This document shows positions 18,116 through 27,728 of a stretch of DNA of 64,000 nt, one piece after another (position 1 is the first letter of the stretch; the number at the start of each line of letters is the position of its first letter). The notes beneath the pieces were generated by a model, which saw only the letters and a list, made by a program, of their open reading frames with translations, was not told where the DNA came from and did not search any database. This DNA comes from an uncultured Eubacteriales bacterium (GTDB lineage: Bacteria; Acidobacteriota; Aminicenantia; Aminicenantales; Aminicenantaceae), in the NCBI GenBank assembly GCA_964348015.1, contig CAYGBC010000050.1:35643-99642 (forward strand), in the 5' to 3' direction. The position numbers and the translations under genes are program-made.

Positions 18116-20035
18116 ATGGTACAGAAGAAACTCAGAATAGGCATAACCTTAACCAGAGTGTTTCTCCTGTTTTTTCTCGTTGGTGTTCTGGTGGCCGCCC
18201 CTGTTAAGATTAAAGTCAAGCTGGACAACGCGAGCATCAAAGCCACCAAAGCCATCGCAGGAAGGACTCTTGCCCGGGTTCCTTTGAATACTATACTGGA
18301 TGGGCAGAGGGAGGGATCCTGGTACAGAGTCAGCTATCAAGGAGCCTCCGGATACATCCATTCGATGAATGTTGAAGAGGTCACGGGAGCCGTGGCTGGA
18401 GGACCGGGCATGGAAACAAAGACTCAGCCAGAAATCGTTGCTGAGATCGGTGTTAAAATGAATGAGAGCACGAAGAAGATCAGCCAGGAGAAAAAGTATG
18501 ATGAAGCCATTGATTCTCTCTGGCCCTTGGTTGCCAAAGCTTTCACGGTCATAGACAAGAGAAAAGAGAAAGAATTGGCGACTGAGATCTTCTACTGGAT
18601 GGGAGTGGCTCACGCCAGCAAGGGAGATTCGCTGTCGGCCTTGAGAGAATTCAGGAATATGTATGAAGTGGATTACAGTTATGCAAAGACAATTGTCCGT
18701 TTGAATCCAGACCCGAGGATCGTGACTCTCACTGACCAGGCTGACAAAGAATTCAGGGGATTGATCACAGAATATTCGCTCGAGATCTCAACCGACCCGA
18801 AAGAAGCGAAGATAACGATCAACGGGAACGAAATCGGTTTGTCTCCTGAAATTTACAGGACCACATCACCAGAGGTGGTTTTAGAGATAGAAAAAGAAGG
18901 TTATAAGCCTGTCCGGGACGAGTTTTTCATCACTCACACTCCGTTTGAAAAAAATTATACTCTCGAGAGAGCCGGAAGAGACCTTGACATCAAATCTAAT
19001 CCCGTCGGTGCTCGAGTATTCATGGATGGTCAAGATATGAATGCCGCGACAAACTGTGTGTTGCAGGCTGTAGCGTTCGGTAAGCACAGAGTCAGGATTG
19101 TCAAAGAAAATTATGCAGAGTGGGAAGGAGAGGTGAATATCCCGATTGGAGAGGGAGCTTTTTCTCTCTCGGTTTCGTTAACTCCGGTCAATTACAAGTT
19201 CATTCACAAATGGGGAAGTGCTGTGAGTCAAATCTTCAAGGATGCCGCGGGCGTAGCTGTGGACAGCGAGAACAATGTGTATATCGCAAACGAAGGGGCA
19301 AGGCAAATACAGAAAATCACTTCGGATTGGAAATTCGATAATGCCTGGGGCGGAGGAGGCAAAGATGCAAAGGCCATTCGGAGCCCTGGGGGCATTGCCA
19401 TCGATAAGCAGGGAAATATCTTTGTGACGGATGTCAAAAATAATTGCGTGTTTAAGTTTGATAAAGCGGGGAAGTACAAGCTCAAATGGGGTGCACTCGG
19501 ACAGCAGAACCATCAATTCTCTGAGCCAAAAGGTATCGCCACGGACAGCAAAGGCAATGTGTATGTCGTTGATTATGGGAATAACCGTGTCAAAAAATAC
19601 GGGAACGGAGCGAAGTTATTGAGAATATGGGGACGGCGCGGCGCTGCTGATGGAGAATTCTACCTGCCGACTGCGGTGGCCGTGAATTCTAAAGACGAGG
19701 TCTTTGTACTGGATAGGAATCGAGTGCAGAAGTTCACGAATGACGGACGATTCCTCGCAAAGTGGGGAAGAGTGGGCACATCCGACGGCGCATTCAAGAG
19801 TGCCCAGGGAATGTTCATAGATAAAGACGATTTTGTGTATATTGCTGATTCGGGCAACAACAGAATTCTGAAATTCGATGAAAACGGTAAACAGATCGCA
19901 AAATGGGGAAGCACCGGGACCGGAGAAGGCCAGATGATGAGTCCAATCTCTATCGCTGTGGATGCCCGGGGGTATGTGTATATTGTCGAAAAAGACAACA
20001 ACAGAGTTCAGCTGTTCGGAGTCGTGACCGAATAA
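18116..20035 (+). CDS. Exported SH3b - PEGA - NHL-repeat beta-propeller protein
   Basis: N-terminal hydrophobic segment, then an SH3b-like region (GSWYRVSYQGASGYIH). Two PEGA-like modules follow (ITINGNEIGLSPE..EKEGYKP and VFMDGQDM..HRVRIVKENY). Six NHL-type repeats are present (GIA.D..GN.YV.D..NNR..KF). It lies 59 nt after the kinase gene. Confidence 0.7.
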   Translation: MVQKKLRIGITLTRVFLLFFLVGVLVAAPVKIKVKLDNASIKATKAIAGRTLARVPLNTILDGQREGSWYRVSYQGASGYIHSMNVEEVTGAVAGGPGMETKTQPEIVAEIGVKMNESTKKISQEKKYDEAIDSLWPLVAKAFTVIDKRKEKELATEIFYWMGVAHASKGDSLSALREFRNMYEVDYSYAKTIVRLNPDPRIVTLTDQADKEFRGLITEYSLEISTDPKEAKITINGNEIGLSPEIYRTTSPEVVLEIEKEGYKPVRDEFFITHTPFEKNYTLERAGRDLDIKSNPVGARVFMDGQDMNAATNCVLQAVAFGKHRVRIVKENYAEWEGEVNIPIGEGAFSLSVSLTPVNYKFIHKWGSAVSQIFKDAAGVAVDSENNVYIANEGARQIQKITSDWKFDNAWGGGGKDAKAIRSPGGIAIDKQGNIFVTDVKNNCVFKFDKAGKYKLKWGALGQQNHQFSEPKGIATDSKGNVYVVDYGNNRVKKYGNGAKLLRIWGRRGAADGEFYLPTAVAVNSKDEVFVLDRNRVQKFTNDGRFLAKWGRVGTSDGAFKSAQGMFIDKDDFVYIADSGNNRILKFDENGKQIAKWGSTGTGEGQMMSPISIAVDARGYVYIVEKDNNRVQLFGVVTE

Positions 20036-20101
20036 AGCAAAAATCCAGTTCTCAGAATAAACCAGTTATTTTTGCACAAAAGTCCTCACCTTATACCGGG
20101 C

Positions 20102-20905
20102 TCAAAAATCAATTGTAACGCTCAGGCATCCAATCCAATGAGTCCGCTCGCTCTGTAAAACCGCATCTTTTAAGGTTCTATCCAGAAGCGCCATGTACTG
20201 TCCACGGGCTGCAAGAGAGACTGAATCCGTCATCTTTAAGGTCAGGTCTGCGGTCAAGAGGATGTCTATGAATGAGGGATCAGAGACGCTGAAATATCCG
20301 CGGTTATACCGGGCATCACCGTAACCTCCAGAAATCGCCATTTCCAGGCTTAAACGGGAGAGGAGGGGGATATCAGATGCGATTTTCCCAGATAAATAGA
20401 ATCCATCAATTTCATCAAAATCGTAAAAGATGCCGAGCCAAAAGGCCAGCGGAAAGGCTTTAAGCGCATATCCTGCGGTAATGAACATTTCTGTTGTGGC
20501 TCCGGAGGCTGTATTGGGAAACATATAATGAATGATCCCGGTATCAAGCCTGAGAGAACCAGAGGAGAGTGAGTAGAAGGCGGTCAGGTCGATTTCAGAA
20601 AATTTGTTTTTCGTTCCGTATACATCGGTAAAATCATAATTTCCCCATATGTTGAACGCAAGGGAGCCGGTCCCGCCTGTGGCGTTGGTGACGGTCACAG
20701 AGGGTTGGAACACGGGATCGTCATTGATGACAAGCCCGCGCCAGACATAGTCTGTGCAGAAATCGAATGAGGCGTTGACTTCGATCTTTTCTGTGGAAAA
20801 GGCAGCCGAGGGCGCAGAGAGGGATGAAATGAACAACAGAGCGGATAGAAGAAAGAATTTCTGTATACACAGGGACAGTCGATTCTTTGTTCTGTAGGGT
20901 CTCAC
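20102..20905 (-). CDS. Putative outer-membrane beta-barrel protein (TorF/Gcw-like porin family)
   Basis: A signal peptide ends in ..SAPSAAFS. The DYVWRGLVINDDPVFQPSVTV motif and alternating beta-strand pattern fit this family, and the C-terminus ends in F. The start is GTG. Confidence 0.5.
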   Translation of the reverse strand: MRPYRTKNRLSLCIQKFFLLSALLFISSLSAPSAAFSTEKIEVNASFDFCTDYVWRGLVINDDPVFQPSVTVTNATGGTGSLAFNIWGNYDFTDVYGTKNKFSEIDLTAFYSLSSGSLRLDTGIIHYMFPNTASGATTEMFITAGYALKAFPLAFWLGIFYDFDEIDGFYLSGKIASDIPLLSRLSLEMAISGGYGDARYNRGYFSVSDPSFIDILLTADLTLKMTDSVSLAARGQYMALLDRTLKDAVLQSERTHWIGCLSVTIDF

Positions 20906-21184
20906 TTGTTTTCTATCTCTCTTGCTTGCGGCAGGAAGGTCGTTTTTGAGCAGGGATGGCTTCTGTGTTTTAAGCCAAAAAGCTTATAGCACAGGATATC
21001 TTCATTGTCAAAAACGTTTCGCTTTATCTCGGTACTTTCGGTGGTGTATACTGAGCGACACAGTGAGATGTTTTAACTCTCCAAACTCAAGAAGGATGCG
21101 ATTCCTCTTTATCTCTTTCGTGCCGGTCATCATCACGCAGGAGAAACGGAGTGGAGAGTTCAGTTTCTTAAAAGGGAGGAAAGA

Positions 21185-24100
21185 ATGAAGAAAGCGATCC
21201 TTCTGGGCGTGGCCGTTCTGTTTATTTTACCCTCGTCCTTTTATGGGGCGGTGACAGTCCGTGAGATTGAAATGAAGATTCCCACGTACCGTTCAGGACC
21301 CGATGACCCAAGCCCTCCACTCTGGAATTCGAGAGCCTATCCTTATCCGATGCAGACGGATATCACTCGAGATAAGATTGTTCAGATTCACAGAGTCGTC
21401 GAGATGGAGAACGACTACATCAAGCTCTTGATTCTGCCCGACATCGGAGGAAGAATTTTGGCGGCCCTCGACAAGACAAACAATAACTTCGACTTCATTT
21501 ATCATAATCATGTCATAAAGCCAGGTCTTGTTGCGCTAAGAGGAGCCTGGCTTTCCGGCGGTATCGAATGGAATTTCCCGACTCTGGGACATACGGTGAA
21601 CACTTTTTCGCCCGTGAACCACAAAATCTTGAATAATAAGGATGGGAGCGTGACATGCGTTGTCGGAACTGAGGAATGGGTGAGAAGAATGAAGTGGGAA
21701 GTGTTCATCACTCTGTATCCAGACAGGTCTCATTTCAAGACCAAGATCAGGCTATACAACCGAACGCTGACTCACAATAACGGCTATTTCTGGGTCAATG
21801 CCGCTGCGCATGCCTGGCTGGATACGAGAGTCATATTTCCTCCGACCGATCACACTTTTGCGGGAGGCCGGAGGAATCCCAGATCCTGGCCTGTGTATGA
21901 GGGAAGGGACGTCTCCTGGTACAAGAATACTCCTTATGCCCATGATTATTTTTGCGGGACTCCAGGCGATTTCAATGGCGCGTACAATTATGAAAAAGAC
22001 AACGGGACTGCCCATTACGCTTCCCGGTTTGAGAGCCCGGGGAAAAAGTTCTGGACCTGGGGCACAGCGCCCAGCGGAACGATCTGGGAGGACCTTCTCA
22101 CAGATGAAGACGGCCAGTACATCGAAATTCAGGCCGGAAGGCTTCCCACTCAGGGAGACACCTGGATTTTCGAGCCTCATCTTGTCGAGGAATGGGATGA
22201 ATGGTGGTATCCCTTAAAAAGGATGCGTGGTTTTGTGAAAGCCAATCCAGACGCGGCCGTGAACCTTGAAATAGGAAAGGGTCAGGTCTTCATGGCTCTG
22301 AATACGACCAGAATCTTCCGGAATGCAGAGATCCGGCTGCATCGCGGGAGTGATCTCATCTTTTCGGAAAAACTGGATATTTCGCCCGAAGGATTCTACA
22401 CAAAGAATATGAAGAGAGATGATAACGCAGGAGTGTTCAGGCTTGAGCTTCTGGATGAAACGGGCCGGAAAATCATCGATTATTCAACTGAGAAGCCTGA
22501 AATCCCAGCTCCTGAGCTCCAGCCGCATTTTCCGGATGATGCGCCCCAGTCCGCGGAAGTGGCTTTTCTCAAAGGATATTATTCTCTCAAACACTGGAAT
22601 CTTGAAGCGGCTATCCGTCACTTCAAAGAAGCACTGGGAATGGATTCCGAGCTGACACCGGCCATGAGATGGTTGGGCATCCTCCATTACAAGATCGGGA
22701 AGACCGAAGAGGCACTCAGTCTTTTTGAAAGTGTCATTCAAAGAGATGAAGATGATCATACGGCGCGTTACTATAGGGCGTTATCCAAAAAAAGACTCGG
22801 GATCGAACAGCGCTTGAAAGAAGATCTCCACATGGTCTCGAGAAGAGCCGAATACAGGCATGTGGCACCGTACGTTGTCGCGGCCGTGGAGTTGGAAGAG
22901 AAAGAGTATTTGAACGCGAGAGGTGCGCTGAAAAAAGCGATCAGAAATAATCCGGATGATATTAAAGCGAAAGTCATGCTCGCGGCCGTGGACAGGCATC
23001 TTGGGAATACAAAAGAAGCGGAGCGATTTCTCGATCACGCTTTGAGAGAGGACCCGATTTCTCCTTTGATCCTGATCGAAAAAGTCCTGTTGACTGGAGA
23101 AGATGATACTGGGCCTTTACCCGACGATCCGGAATACTTCCTTGAGGCGGCCGCGGATTACATGGAGATGAATCTGATGGAGGATGCGGTTCGTGTTCTT
23201 GAATATTACTTGAAGAGAGAGAAGCCAAGAGAATATGCTCTCGTGTATTACTATCTCGGATATCTAAAGGACAGGCTGGATGATAAAGAAGAGGCTGAGA
23301 AATATTTCAAGAAAGCCTTTGCAAGCAGCCCAGATTTTGTGTTCCCTTTCAGAGTCGAGACCGAGAGCGTCCTCAAACTCGCTTTAGAATATAACCGCTC
23401 GGATTGGAAGGCGCACTATTATCTCGGGAACTTTCTTGCTGCAAAGTACAGGTGGAAGGAAGGACTGGAAAGCTATGAAAAAGCCGCCCGGTTTTCTCCC
23501 GGATTTCCTGTTCTTTACAGGAATCTTGGAGAGATTTACTGGAAGAAACTTCGGGATTTTCAAAAGGCCGAAAAGATGTTCGAGAAGGCGGTGTCTTTTT
23601 CATCGAACGATTTCCGGCTGTATGTGGCTCTGGATGAACTGTATGCGATTAACGGAAAACATTCTGAGAGGGAAAAACTTTATGCAGAATCTCCTCCTCA
23701 GATCAAGGGGAACTTCAACTACGTGATCAAAAGAGCGCAGTACTACACGGACACGGACCAACCCACCCAGGCACTGGAAATCCTGAGGGCCCATGAGTTT
23801 CTCCCCTGGGAAGGATGGACCAGAGCGAGAGGAGTGTACGTGCTTGCCCTTTTAAAAAGGGCCCGTTCCTATAGAGAGGCCAAAAAATACCAAAAGGCAC
23901 TCAATGATTACATCGCGGCGATGGAGTATCCGAAGAATTTGGGAACAGGGAGGCCGGCATTTCCTGTCTTCATCAGAGAAAATTACTATATCGGATTATG
24001 TTATAGGGGATTGGGGAAGGAAGATCTTGCAGAAAAACATTTCAGGGAAGCGGGGATACAGAAAACAGGGGTTGCGTCCGTAAATACCTATTATAGAGCA

Positions 24101-24349
24101 TTAGCATTGAGAGCGCTTGGAAAGGAAAAAGAGGCAGAAACAGTGTTCGCTGGAATGAAGGATTGGTGCGAGAACCTGATCCACCGAAACCGAAGAGCCG
24201 GACCACAGCATTATCTCTGGGCCTCGATGGCCTGCCATGCTCTCGGGAATGATACAAGAGCCAGGGAGTACATCCGCAAGGCGATAAAGTTGAATCCGCC
24301 GTATCGATGGGCGGCATTTTTCGCGCACGAAAGCGGCCTTTTCAGGTGA
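21185..24349 (+). CDS. Large secreted protein: DUF5107-like N-terminal domain plus extensive TPR repeats
   Basis: It has a signal peptide. The N-terminal block YPYPMQ..ENDYIKLLILPDIGGRILAALDK..GAWLSGGIEWNFPTLGH resembles DUF5107 as I recall it. The C-terminal ~600 aa are TPR-like (many A..YY.LG....A). Confidence 0.55.
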   Translation: MKKAILLGVAVLFILPSSFYGAVTVREIEMKIPTYRSGPDDPSPPLWNSRAYPYPMQTDITRDKIVQIHRVVEMENDYIKLLILPDIGGRILAALDKTNNNFDFIYHNHVIKPGLVALRGAWLSGGIEWNFPTLGHTVNTFSPVNHKILNNKDGSVTCVVGTEEWVRRMKWEVFITLYPDRSHFKTKIRLYNRTLTHNNGYFWVNAAAHAWLDTRVIFPPTDHTFAGGRRNPRSWPVYEGRDVSWYKNTPYAHDYFCGTPGDFNGAYNYEKDNGTAHYASRFESPGKKFWTWGTAPSGTIWEDLLTDEDGQYIEIQAGRLPTQGDTWIFEPHLVEEWDEWWYPLKRMRGFVKANPDAAVNLEIGKGQVFMALNTTRIFRNAEIRLHRGSDLIFSEKLDISPEGFYTKNMKRDDNAGVFRLELLDETGRKIIDYSTEKPEIPAPELQPHFPDDAPQSAEVAFLKGYYSLKHWNLEAAIRHFKEALGMDSELTPAMRWLGILHYKIGKTEEALSLFESVIQRDEDDHTARYYRALSKKRLGIEQRLKEDLHMVSRRAEYRHVAPYVVAAVELEEKEYLNARGALKKAIRNNPDDIKAKVMLAAVDRHLGNTKEAERFLDHALREDPISPLILIEKVLLTGEDDTGPLPDDPEYFLEAAADYMEMNLMEDAVRVLEYYLKREKPREYALVYYYLGYLKDRLDDKEEAEKYFKKAFASSPDFVFPFRVETESVLKLALEYNRSDWKAHYYLGNFLAAKYRWKEGLESYEKAARFSPGFPVLYRNLGEIYWKKLRDFQKAEKMFEKAVSFSSNDFRLYVALDELYAINGKHSEREKLYAESPPQIKGNFNYVIKRAQYYTDTDQPTQALEILRAHEFLPWEGWTRARGVYVLALLKRARSYREAKKYQKALNDYIAAMEYPKNLGTGRPAFPVFIRENYYIGLCYRGLGKEDLAEKHFREAGIQKTGVASVNTYYRALALRALGKEKEAETVFAGMKDWCENLIHRNRRAGPQHYLWASMACHALGNDTRAREYIRKAIKLNPPYRWAAFFAHESGLFR

Positions 24350-24362
24350 ATTTTTTTAGCAT

Positions 24363-24390
24363 TTGACATCAATATTTCTTTTGTATAAAT
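24363..24390 (+). promoter_or_regulatory. Sigma70-like promoter (TTGACA - 15/16 nt - TATAAAT)
   Basis: TTGACA at 24363-24368 and TATAAA at 24384-24389 (or ATAAAT at 24385-24390). It lies about 80 nt upstream of the RsbW-like gene. Confidence 0.4.
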
Positions 24391-24469
24391 TGTATGAATT
24401 AAGATAAAAACCTGCGGTGGAAAAGTAGAAAATTTTGTAAGTAATCTTACAGAAGAAAAGAATCCGCGC

Positions 24470-24892
24470 ATGAAAACCTTAAAGATAAAAAGTGAATTGT
24501 CTGAGCTGGACAGAATGAGGAGTTTTTTAAAAGAATACCTGGATGGATTGAAGATATCAGATAAAGACTATTTCAAGATTGAGCTTGCGCTCCTGGAAAT
24601 ATGCGTGAATATCATGAGGTACGCCTACCCTCAAAGCAACGGCGATATCCAGATCAAAATCTGGCAGGATCAGGGGAAGATGTTTTTTGAGATAAGAGAC
24701 AGTGGTGTTCCGTTTGATCCTCGAAAATTGAAAGAGCCGGATATAGAAGAAAGCATCAAAAAGGAACAAACGGGGGGATTAGGAGTTTACCTCTCCCGTT
24801 CGCTAGTGGATGGTTTTGATTATAAGAGGGAAAACGACCAGAACGTCCTCACCATATCTAAGAATATCAAAAGAGCTGAGGCTTCTCTTTAA
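24470..24892 (+). CDS. RsbW/SpoIIAB-like anti-sigma-factor serine kinase (HATPase_c)
   Basis: 140 aa with the N-box ELALLEICVNIMRYAY, DSGVPFD, and the G-box GGLGVYLSRSLVDGFDY. Confidence 0.75.
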   Translation: MKTLKIKSELSELDRMRSFLKEYLDGLKISDKDYFKIELALLEICVNIMRYAYPQSNGDIQIKIWQDQGKMFFEIRDSGVPFDPRKLKEPDIEESIKKEQTGGLGVYLSRSLVDGFDYKRENDQNVLTISKNIKRAEASL

Positions 24893-25719
24893 TCGTATAA
24901 AACGGCATCCTCTCCCAGTTTGGAAATCCGGTCATCAATCCATTGGATGATCAGGTCTCTTCGAATGAGTGTGGCCTCGATTTCTTTATCTGTCAGGTAT
25001 TCTCCAACGACTTCCCTGACCACTTCAGGAGTCATTGCCCGCAATTTTTCGACCAAAGCGCGTGGCAGCTGCTTCATGAGCCTTGCGCCTTCCTTATACT
25101 TTTCGTCGTAAATCAGATTTTTGGTGAATTTCTTGGAGGTCCGGAAGCTGCGGGAATGGTCGATCAGGATCATCCGCCAGTCCTCCATGATGAGATACTG
25201 ATTCTGGTGCCTGTCCTCGTTGGCGATCAGGTTGTCAAAAGCGCGCTGCAGGTAGAGCGCTCTGTTCCAGGGAAAGACTTTATAAGATGGAGTTTTGATC
25301 TTTTTTTCGTATTTTTCTTTCAGGCTCATTTCGGCGTCGATCCAGAGCTGGATAGAACCTCGGTTCCCGCGGAATCTTCTCTCCACAGTGGGAGGGACCA
25401 TATTCAGTCCCAAATACTTGTCTAACCGGTACGCGGCGATTTCCCATCTCCAGTTTTCTAAAAAGCCTTTCATCCGGCCTTCCGGATTTTTCCACAATGC
25501 CTGATTTTGGATTCCGTCTTTTTCCAGCTTGAGAACCCAGGGACTGGTCACGGCTTCCCGACTTCGCATCTGCTCCTGTTCGATAATTTCTGCCTCCTTC
25601 AGAAATTTTTCCCATTTCTCCCTTTCAGCCACTTCTTCTTCTGTGAACTGGGCGGCGAGTGGATTGCTGAATCCCAAGATTACGATTAAAATGGAAAGAA
25701 TAAGAATCCCTTTTTTCAT
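24889..25719 (-). CDS. Exported protein with type-II PI4K / SCO1664-like atypical kinase fold (paralog A)
   Basis: The signal peptide is MKKGILILSILIVILGFSNPLAAQ. Motifs seen: LWKNPEG (FKP-like lysine), EIAAYRLDKYLGLNMVPPTVER, GSIQLW, LIANEDRHQNQYLI (DR..N catalytic-loop-like), ILIDHSRSFR (IDxG-like). The fold assignment comes from remembered motifs only. Confidence 0.55.
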   Translation of the reverse strand: MKKGILILSILIVILGFSNPLAAQFTEEEVAEREKWEKFLKEAEIIEQEQMRSREAVTSPWVLKLEKDGIQNQALWKNPEGRMKGFLENWRWEIAAYRLDKYLGLNMVPPTVERRFRGNRGSIQLWIDAEMSLKEKYEKKIKTPSYKVFPWNRALYLQRAFDNLIANEDRHQNQYLIMEDWRMILIDHSRSFRTSKKFTKNLIYDEKYKEGARLMKQLPRALVEKLRAMTPEVVREVVGEYLTDKEIEATLIRRDLIIQWIDDRISKLGEDAVLYD

Positions 25720-25796
25720 TTTTCTGATCTCCTTTCGATAAATTTTCGGTTGAATTTATTTCTTTTCTTTTTCTTCGTATTCTTCCTGATCAAGTT

Positions 25797-26642
25797 TCAA
25801 TACAAGACCTTATCTTCGCCCTGTTCTCGAATCATCTCCTGGATCTCTTTCAACAGCAGGTCCTTTCTGATGAGAATGGCTTTGATCTCTTTTTTCTTAA
25901 GACAGGGCCTAAGTGTCTGCATAAGATTATCGGAGTTCAAAGCCTTGACTTTTTCCACGAATGTGCGCGGAAGCCGCCTGAACAGCAGTGCGCCCTTGAT
26001 CCCGTTTTTTCCGTAAACAAGCTGCTTTGTGAATTTTTGAGTGCTTCGGAAAGCCCGGGAATGGTCGATCAGAATAATGCGCCACTCCGTGTTGAACAGA
26101 ATGTTCTGTTGAGTCCGATCATCATTCGCGATCAAGCAGTCAAACGCGCGTGTGATGTATTTCATGTTGTTTCGGTTATCTCTTTTCTCTTTTGGAATCC
26201 TGATATTCTCCTCCATGACATCGAGCTCGCTGTAGAGCTTGTCGATTCCGAGCTGCAGGGATCCTTTTTTCCCGTTAAATTCTCTCTCCACGGTCGGGGG
26301 GATCATGTTGAGGTCGAGAAGCTTATCCATCTCGTAGGCAGCGATCTCATACTGCCACCCTTCAAGGAAGCCCTGTTGCATTCCCTTTGGATTTTTCCAG
26401 AGGCCTTTTCGGACGACGTCTCCTTTTTTCAACGTGAGCCAGATCGGTTTTGTCACGCCTTCACCCACATCTTTGTATTCAATGATCTCTGCCGTCTTGA
26501 GGAATTCTTCCCACTGGGGCCTTTCGTTGACTTCAGCCGGTGAGAACTGTCCGTTCACCCCAGAGATCTGTATGCTGAGAAGGAATAGAAAAAGCACCAG
26601 TAAGGTCTTTGTCCTCATTTTATGTCTCTTCTCCTTTTCCAT
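25797..26642 (-). CDS. Exported protein with type-II PI4K / SCO1664-like atypical kinase fold (paralog B)
   Basis: It is collinear with paralog A: LWKNPKG, EIAAYEMDKLLDLNMIPPTVER, GSLQLG, LIANDDRTQQNILF, ILIDHSRAFR. I chose the start at 26642 (GGGGAG RBS; MEKEKRHKMRTKTLLVLFLFLLSIQISG, signal-like). The ORF-track start is 26702. Confidence 0.55.
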   Translation of the reverse strand: MEKEKRHKMRTKTLLVLFLFLLSIQISGVNGQFSPAEVNERPQWEEFLKTAEIIEYKDVGEGVTKPIWLTLKKGDVVRKGLWKNPKGMQQGFLEGWQYEIAAYEMDKLLDLNMIPPTVEREFNGKKGSLQLGIDKLYSELDVMEENIRIPKEKRDNRNNMKYITRAFDCLIANDDRTQQNILFNTEWRIILIDHSRAFRSTQKFTKQLVYGKNGIKGALLFRRLPRTFVEKVKALNSDNLMQTLRPCLKKKEIKAILIRKDLLLKEIQEMIREQGEDKVLY

Positions 26643-26714
26643 TTTTCTCCCCTGAGATTGTGTTTTTAATATAGAATCATTTAGAAAAAAAATCAAACCC
26701 AAAAGTCATTTCGG

Positions 26715-26743
26715 TTGACACAACTTTAGTGAACAGTGATAAT
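26715..26743 (+). promoter_or_regulatory. Sigma70-like promoter (TTGACA-17-GATAAT)
   Basis: TTGACA at 26715-26720 and GATAAT at 26738-26743, about 80 nt upstream of the YjiK-like gene. Confidence 0.45.
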
Positions 26744-26824
26744 TTTTTCATAAAACTGAATGAATGAATTCAGAACTGGTGATGCGTTATCGTTTATAAA
26801 GATTCGATTCGTAATGCGAGGATT

Positions 26825-27691
26825 ATGATGAAAATTCGGTCATTTTTAATGAGTGCATTATTATTAACTGTCTTTTTTGTTTTGTATTATTCCTGCAATC
26901 CAGCAAAGAGATCGCCGACAATTGCCTTTCCGTACTTGTGGCTGGATGAGCCAGGATTTGGAGGAGATATAGACCAGCAGGGCATTGTCGAGCCATCGGG
27001 CATCTGTTTTCATCCGTTCAGGAAGACGTTGTTTGTGGTGAGTGATGAGGGAGAGCTCTTCGAGATTGAGACGGATGGGACGCCGGTGGACAGTGTCGAG
27101 ATCCCTCCGGGAGGATTGGATTTAGAAGATGTGACGGTTCATCCAGAGACAGGGTTTTTGTACTTGGTGGTCGAAGGAGATGACATCATTCTCGAGTATG
27201 ATCCGGATACAAAGAAAGTCATACGGACGTTTCCCGTAAACAGAGAATACCAGGGAAATGCAAATTTTCTCCAAAAACAGGAAGAAGAAGAATTTGATAA
27301 CGGCATCGAGTCCATCACGTTTGTCCCGGATGAGGAGCATCCGGAGGGGGGGACGTTCTATATGGGTAACCAGTATGATCCTTCCTGCATCATGGAGGTC
27401 TTTATTCCCCTAAAATCCAGTCAAGCGAAAACAGCCGAGGCGCGGATTCTCCGGGTTTTGCCGTTTGATATCAAAGATCCCGCAGCCATGTATTATGACC
27501 CAAAAACAGGTCTGCTCAACGTCGTCAACGATGCGGATAATATATTCGTGGAGCTCACTCTGGACGGCAAAATGGTCAAAGAATACGCCTTTCTCGGGAA
27601 TGACCAGGAAGGGATCGCATGGGATGAGGAGGGCTACCTGTACATCGCCCAGGATATCGGAGGAATCATCCACGTCAAAGATTTAAGATAA
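26825..27691 (+). CDS. SdiA-regulated/YjiK-like beta-propeller lipoprotein
   Basis: The N-terminus ALLLTVFFVLYYSC is lipobox-like. The block GIVEPSGICFHPFRKTLFVVSDEGELFEI and repeated ..D.EG.. segments resemble the YjiK (SdiA-regulated) family. Confidence 0.55.
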   Translation: MMKIRSFLMSALLLTVFFVLYYSCNPAKRSPTIAFPYLWLDEPGFGGDIDQQGIVEPSGICFHPFRKTLFVVSDEGELFEIETDGTPVDSVEIPPGGLDLEDVTVHPETGFLYLVVEGDDIILEYDPDTKKVIRTFPVNREYQGNANFLQKQEEEEFDNGIESITFVPDEEHPEGGTFYMGNQYDPSCIMEVFIPLKSSQAKTAEARILRVLPFDIKDPAAMYYDPKTGLLNVVNDADNIFVELTLDGKMVKEYAFLGNDQEGIAWDEEGYLYIAQDIGGIIHVKDLR

Positions 27692-27728
27692 GAGAATATT
27701 TCAGAGATGAATATGTAATTTTTGCCTT

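Noticed and set aside
20922-21188. 88-aa ORF in the divergent intergenic region upstream of the DUF5107-like gene
   Set aside because: It has no RBS, runs into the RBS and start of the 21185 gene, and has a Cys/Arg/Phe-rich composition. It is more likely promoter or 5' UTR sequence.
24889-24892. Convergent genes sharing a TTAA, so their stop codons overlap
   Set aside because: The overlap is real in the sequence, but overlapping convergent stops are common in compact genomes. On its own this is not evidence of regulation, so it is mentioned only as context in the RsbW finding.
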